Origin: a virus
Taxonomy: Duplodnaviria > Heunggongvirae > Uroviricota > Caudoviricetes
DNA length: 6,359 nucleotides
Virus record (IMG/VR): IMGVR_UViG_2695420514_000020
Coordinates: 1-6,359 of that record
Reading direction: 5' to 3' (one strand)
Part shown: positions 5,213-6,359 of the stretch, one piece after another
How the letters are laid out: every line of letters begins with the position of its first letter
Position numbering within the stretch: the stretch's first letter is position 1
The notes under the pieces: generated by a model
What the model was told of the DNA's origin: nothing
Seen by the model: only the letters and a program-made list of their open reading frames with translations
The model's database searches: none
Position numbers and translations under genes: made by a program

Positions 5213-5512
5213 ATGACTTGTTCAACATTCAACCCTTTAACGTTACAGAAATACCATCCAGACCCTGAAGATTTATGCTCACTGTGTGGCGGAAATCATG
5301 GTAAAGCCGCCATGATCGAATGTAAGGACAAAATCCACATATGCCTTAATTGCGTTGATGTCCTCGTTGATATCAAAAATGAAAGAGAAGATAAAAAGCG
5401 TAGCGAGGCTATTCGCGCCTTAGATTCATGGATGCGAGATGGGTATAGTGCTGCGCAAATTTATGACTTAGCCATTTCAAAAGGCGAAATACCAGGTGTG
5501 CGAATCGAATAA
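5213..5512 (+). CDS. zinc-ribbon-containing hypothetical protein (99 aa)
   Basis: ATG 5213 is 5 nt after GGAGA (5203-5207); in-frame ATGs at 5201 and 5207 are alternatives. CSLCGG ... HICLNC gives a CxxC-x18-CxxC pattern. Confidence 0.65.
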   Translation: MTCSTFNPLTLQKYHPDPEDLCSLCGGNHGKAAMIECKDKIHICLNCVDVLVDIKNEREDKKRSEAIRALDSWMRDGYSAAQIYDLAISKGEIPGVRIE

Positions 5513-5547
5513 GAAGCGCACTCAAGCATCTTTTGGGGAAATCACAA

Positions 5548-5715
5548 ATGCACTTCCTAGTCACAGGTGAATGGAATGGAGAGCCATTCAACAGAGTTAT
5601 CGAATCGGAGAACATCAACGACTGCTACGACCACTGGATGATATGGGCGCAGATAGCACATGCAGAAGTAACCAATATTCAAATTGAAGAACTGAAAGAA
5701 CACCAAGCCGCCTGA
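5548..5715 (+). CDS. hypothetical small protein (55 aa)
   Basis: ATG 5548 is 7 nt after GGGGAA (5535-5540); the track starts at in-frame TTG 5533. Stop TGA 5713-5715. Confidence 0.5.
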   Translation: MHFLVTGEWNGEPFNRVIESENINDCYDHWMIWAQIAHAEVTNIQIEELKEHQAA

Positions 5716-5728
5716 TTGCGGTTTTTTA
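5705..5728 (+). terminator. weak terminator-like hairpin with T-tract
   Basis: Stem CCGC (5708-5711) / GCGG (5718-5721), extendable by A-U and G-U pairs, with loop CTGATT. It is followed by TTTTTT (5722-5727) and overlaps the stop of the 55-aa gene. Confidence 0.35.
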
Positions 5729-5741
5729 TTGGAGACAAGAA

Positions 5742-6086
5742 ATGTCAGATTTGGCTATGAAGGTTTTGAAATGGCAATCGACTGGCGATGTTGGCATCAG
5801 TAGCGCAACTCTTGCCTCAATCGCATGTGGACTGAAAAAGAATATCTATGGTCATAGCTTCGGTGCTCCACATGACGCAGCAGACTTTCGGCGATGCGTT
5901 GCACTTGTTGAGCAGATTCCAGAAATCAGAGATTCATTCGACAAGGTTGCAAAGCGCGTTCCGGCATTCAAAGGAATCCTCAACGAATGGGATTCCCTCG
6001 TTGCTCTGTTGAAGTCTGAAATGAAGATACACGGAAACAAAGCACCAGAGACTTACAGAAGAATTAGCGAGTTACGCAAGGACTAA
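5742..6086 (+). CDS. hypothetical protein (114 aa)
   Basis: ATG 5742 is 6 nt after GGAGA (5731-5735). Clean single long ORF with stop TAA 6084-6086. No family recognised. Confidence 0.7.
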   Translation: MSDLAMKVLKWQSTGDVGISSATLASIACGLKKNIYGHSFGAPHDAADFRRCVALVEQIPEIRDSFDKVAKRVPAFKGILNEWDSLVALLKSEMKIHGNKAPETYRRISELRKD

Positions 6087-6126
6087 CCACAGCCTCACAC
6101 TCGATGAGGCCTGTACATATCTGATA

Positions 6127-6153
6127 GAGCCGCTATATGGCGGTTTCTTTTTG
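6127..6153 (+). terminator. rho-independent terminator, preceded by a second hairpin at 6092-6110
   Basis: Stem CCGC (6130-6133) / GCGG (6140-6143), extendable with wobble pairs, loop ATAT, followed by TTTCTTTTT. Just upstream is a 6-bp hairpin GCCTCA (6092-6097) / TGAGGC (6105-6110). Confidence 0.5.
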
Positions 6154-6167
6154 CCTGGAGAATTAAG

Positions 6168-6359
6168 ATGAGCGATACTAGCCTGATTCCTGAGAAAGAA
6201 GTGATGAACAAGCTCGGTGTTTCATCACGTCAGACAATCTGGAACTATACCAAACGGCACGGATTTCCGAAGCCAGTCAGAACCCACCCCAAATCATACC
6301 TTCGTGAAGCTGTTGAAGGGTGGATTCTTAACGGTGGCGTTAATCAGAAATGCTCCTGA
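6168..6359 (+). CDS. AlpA/Xis-family HTH DNA-binding protein (63 aa); putative excisionase or integrase activator
   Basis: ATG 6168 is 7 nt after GGAG (6157-6160). Pattern IPEKEVMNKLGVSSRQTIWNYTKRHGFPKPV...EAVEGWI matches the AlpA/Xis-family arrangement (…EV…G.SR.TIY…G.FPKP…W) as I recall it. The window ends at its stop codon. Confidence 0.65.
   Translation: MSDTSLIPEKEVMNKLGVSSRQTIWNYTKRHGFPKPVRTHPKSYLREAVEGWILNGGVNQKCS

Noticed and set aside
5068-5268. Track ORF of 66 aa (GTG start)
   Set aside because: No RBS; it spans the 71-bp gap with a terminator-like hairpin and overlaps two better-supported genes in other frames. Likely a frame artefact.
5533-5547. TTG 5533 start for the 60-aa track ORF
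   Set aside because: The ATG at 5548, 7 nt after GGGGAA, is preferred; the TTG extension adds 5 residues without RBS support.
466-6040. All minus-strand track ORFs (466-654, 588-809, 1891-2193, 2197-2541, 3324-3896, 3514-3825, 4311-4529, 4753-5034, 5409-5618, 5852-6040)
   Set aside because: Each lies antisense to a better-supported + strand gene. Products are Ser/Cys/Phe-rich or otherwise low-complexity, no convincing RBSs were found, and the operon is uniformly + oriented.
1-6359. tRNA, rRNA, CRISPR array, IS element or terminal inverted repeats
   Set aside because: No cloverleaf-compatible conserved tRNA motifs, no regularly spaced direct repeats and no transposase-like ORF were seen by eye; absence is not proven without tRNAscan or a repeat finder.

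Overview
The window reads as the early-left (pL-type) accessory and recombination operon of a lambdoid temperate phage or prophage, probably in an enterobacterial host. All convincing genes are on the + strand: about 20 short ORFs, many joined by overlapping stop/start codons (ATGA, GTGA, TGATG), punctuated by several intrinsic-terminator-like hairpins. From sequence and memory alone (no searches were run) I recognise: a RecT-family single-strand annealing recombinase (1522-2424); a Siphovirus Gp157-like partner (2408-2890); a CIII-like small regulator (962-1132) preceded by a clean rho-independent terminator; a DUF551-type C-terminal domain protein (3908-4465); and an AlpA/Xis-family HTH protein at the right edge (6168-6359), which predicts an integrase and att site just beyond the window. 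The rest are small hypothetical proteins. The most interesting are a membrane module (a 38-aa hydrophobic peptide plus a 92-aa single-pass membrane protein), a 29-aa six-cysteine micropeptide, two other zinc-ribbon-like proteins, a tandem Myb/SANT-like DNA-binding protein, and a terminator-flanked 114-aa gene just upstream of the xis-like gene. No tRNA, rRNA, CRISPR array or IS element was seen. No RecE-like or lambda-Exo-like exonuclease accompanies RecT. Several six-frame-track ORFs look over-extended at the 5' end and all minus-strand ORFs look like antisense shadows.
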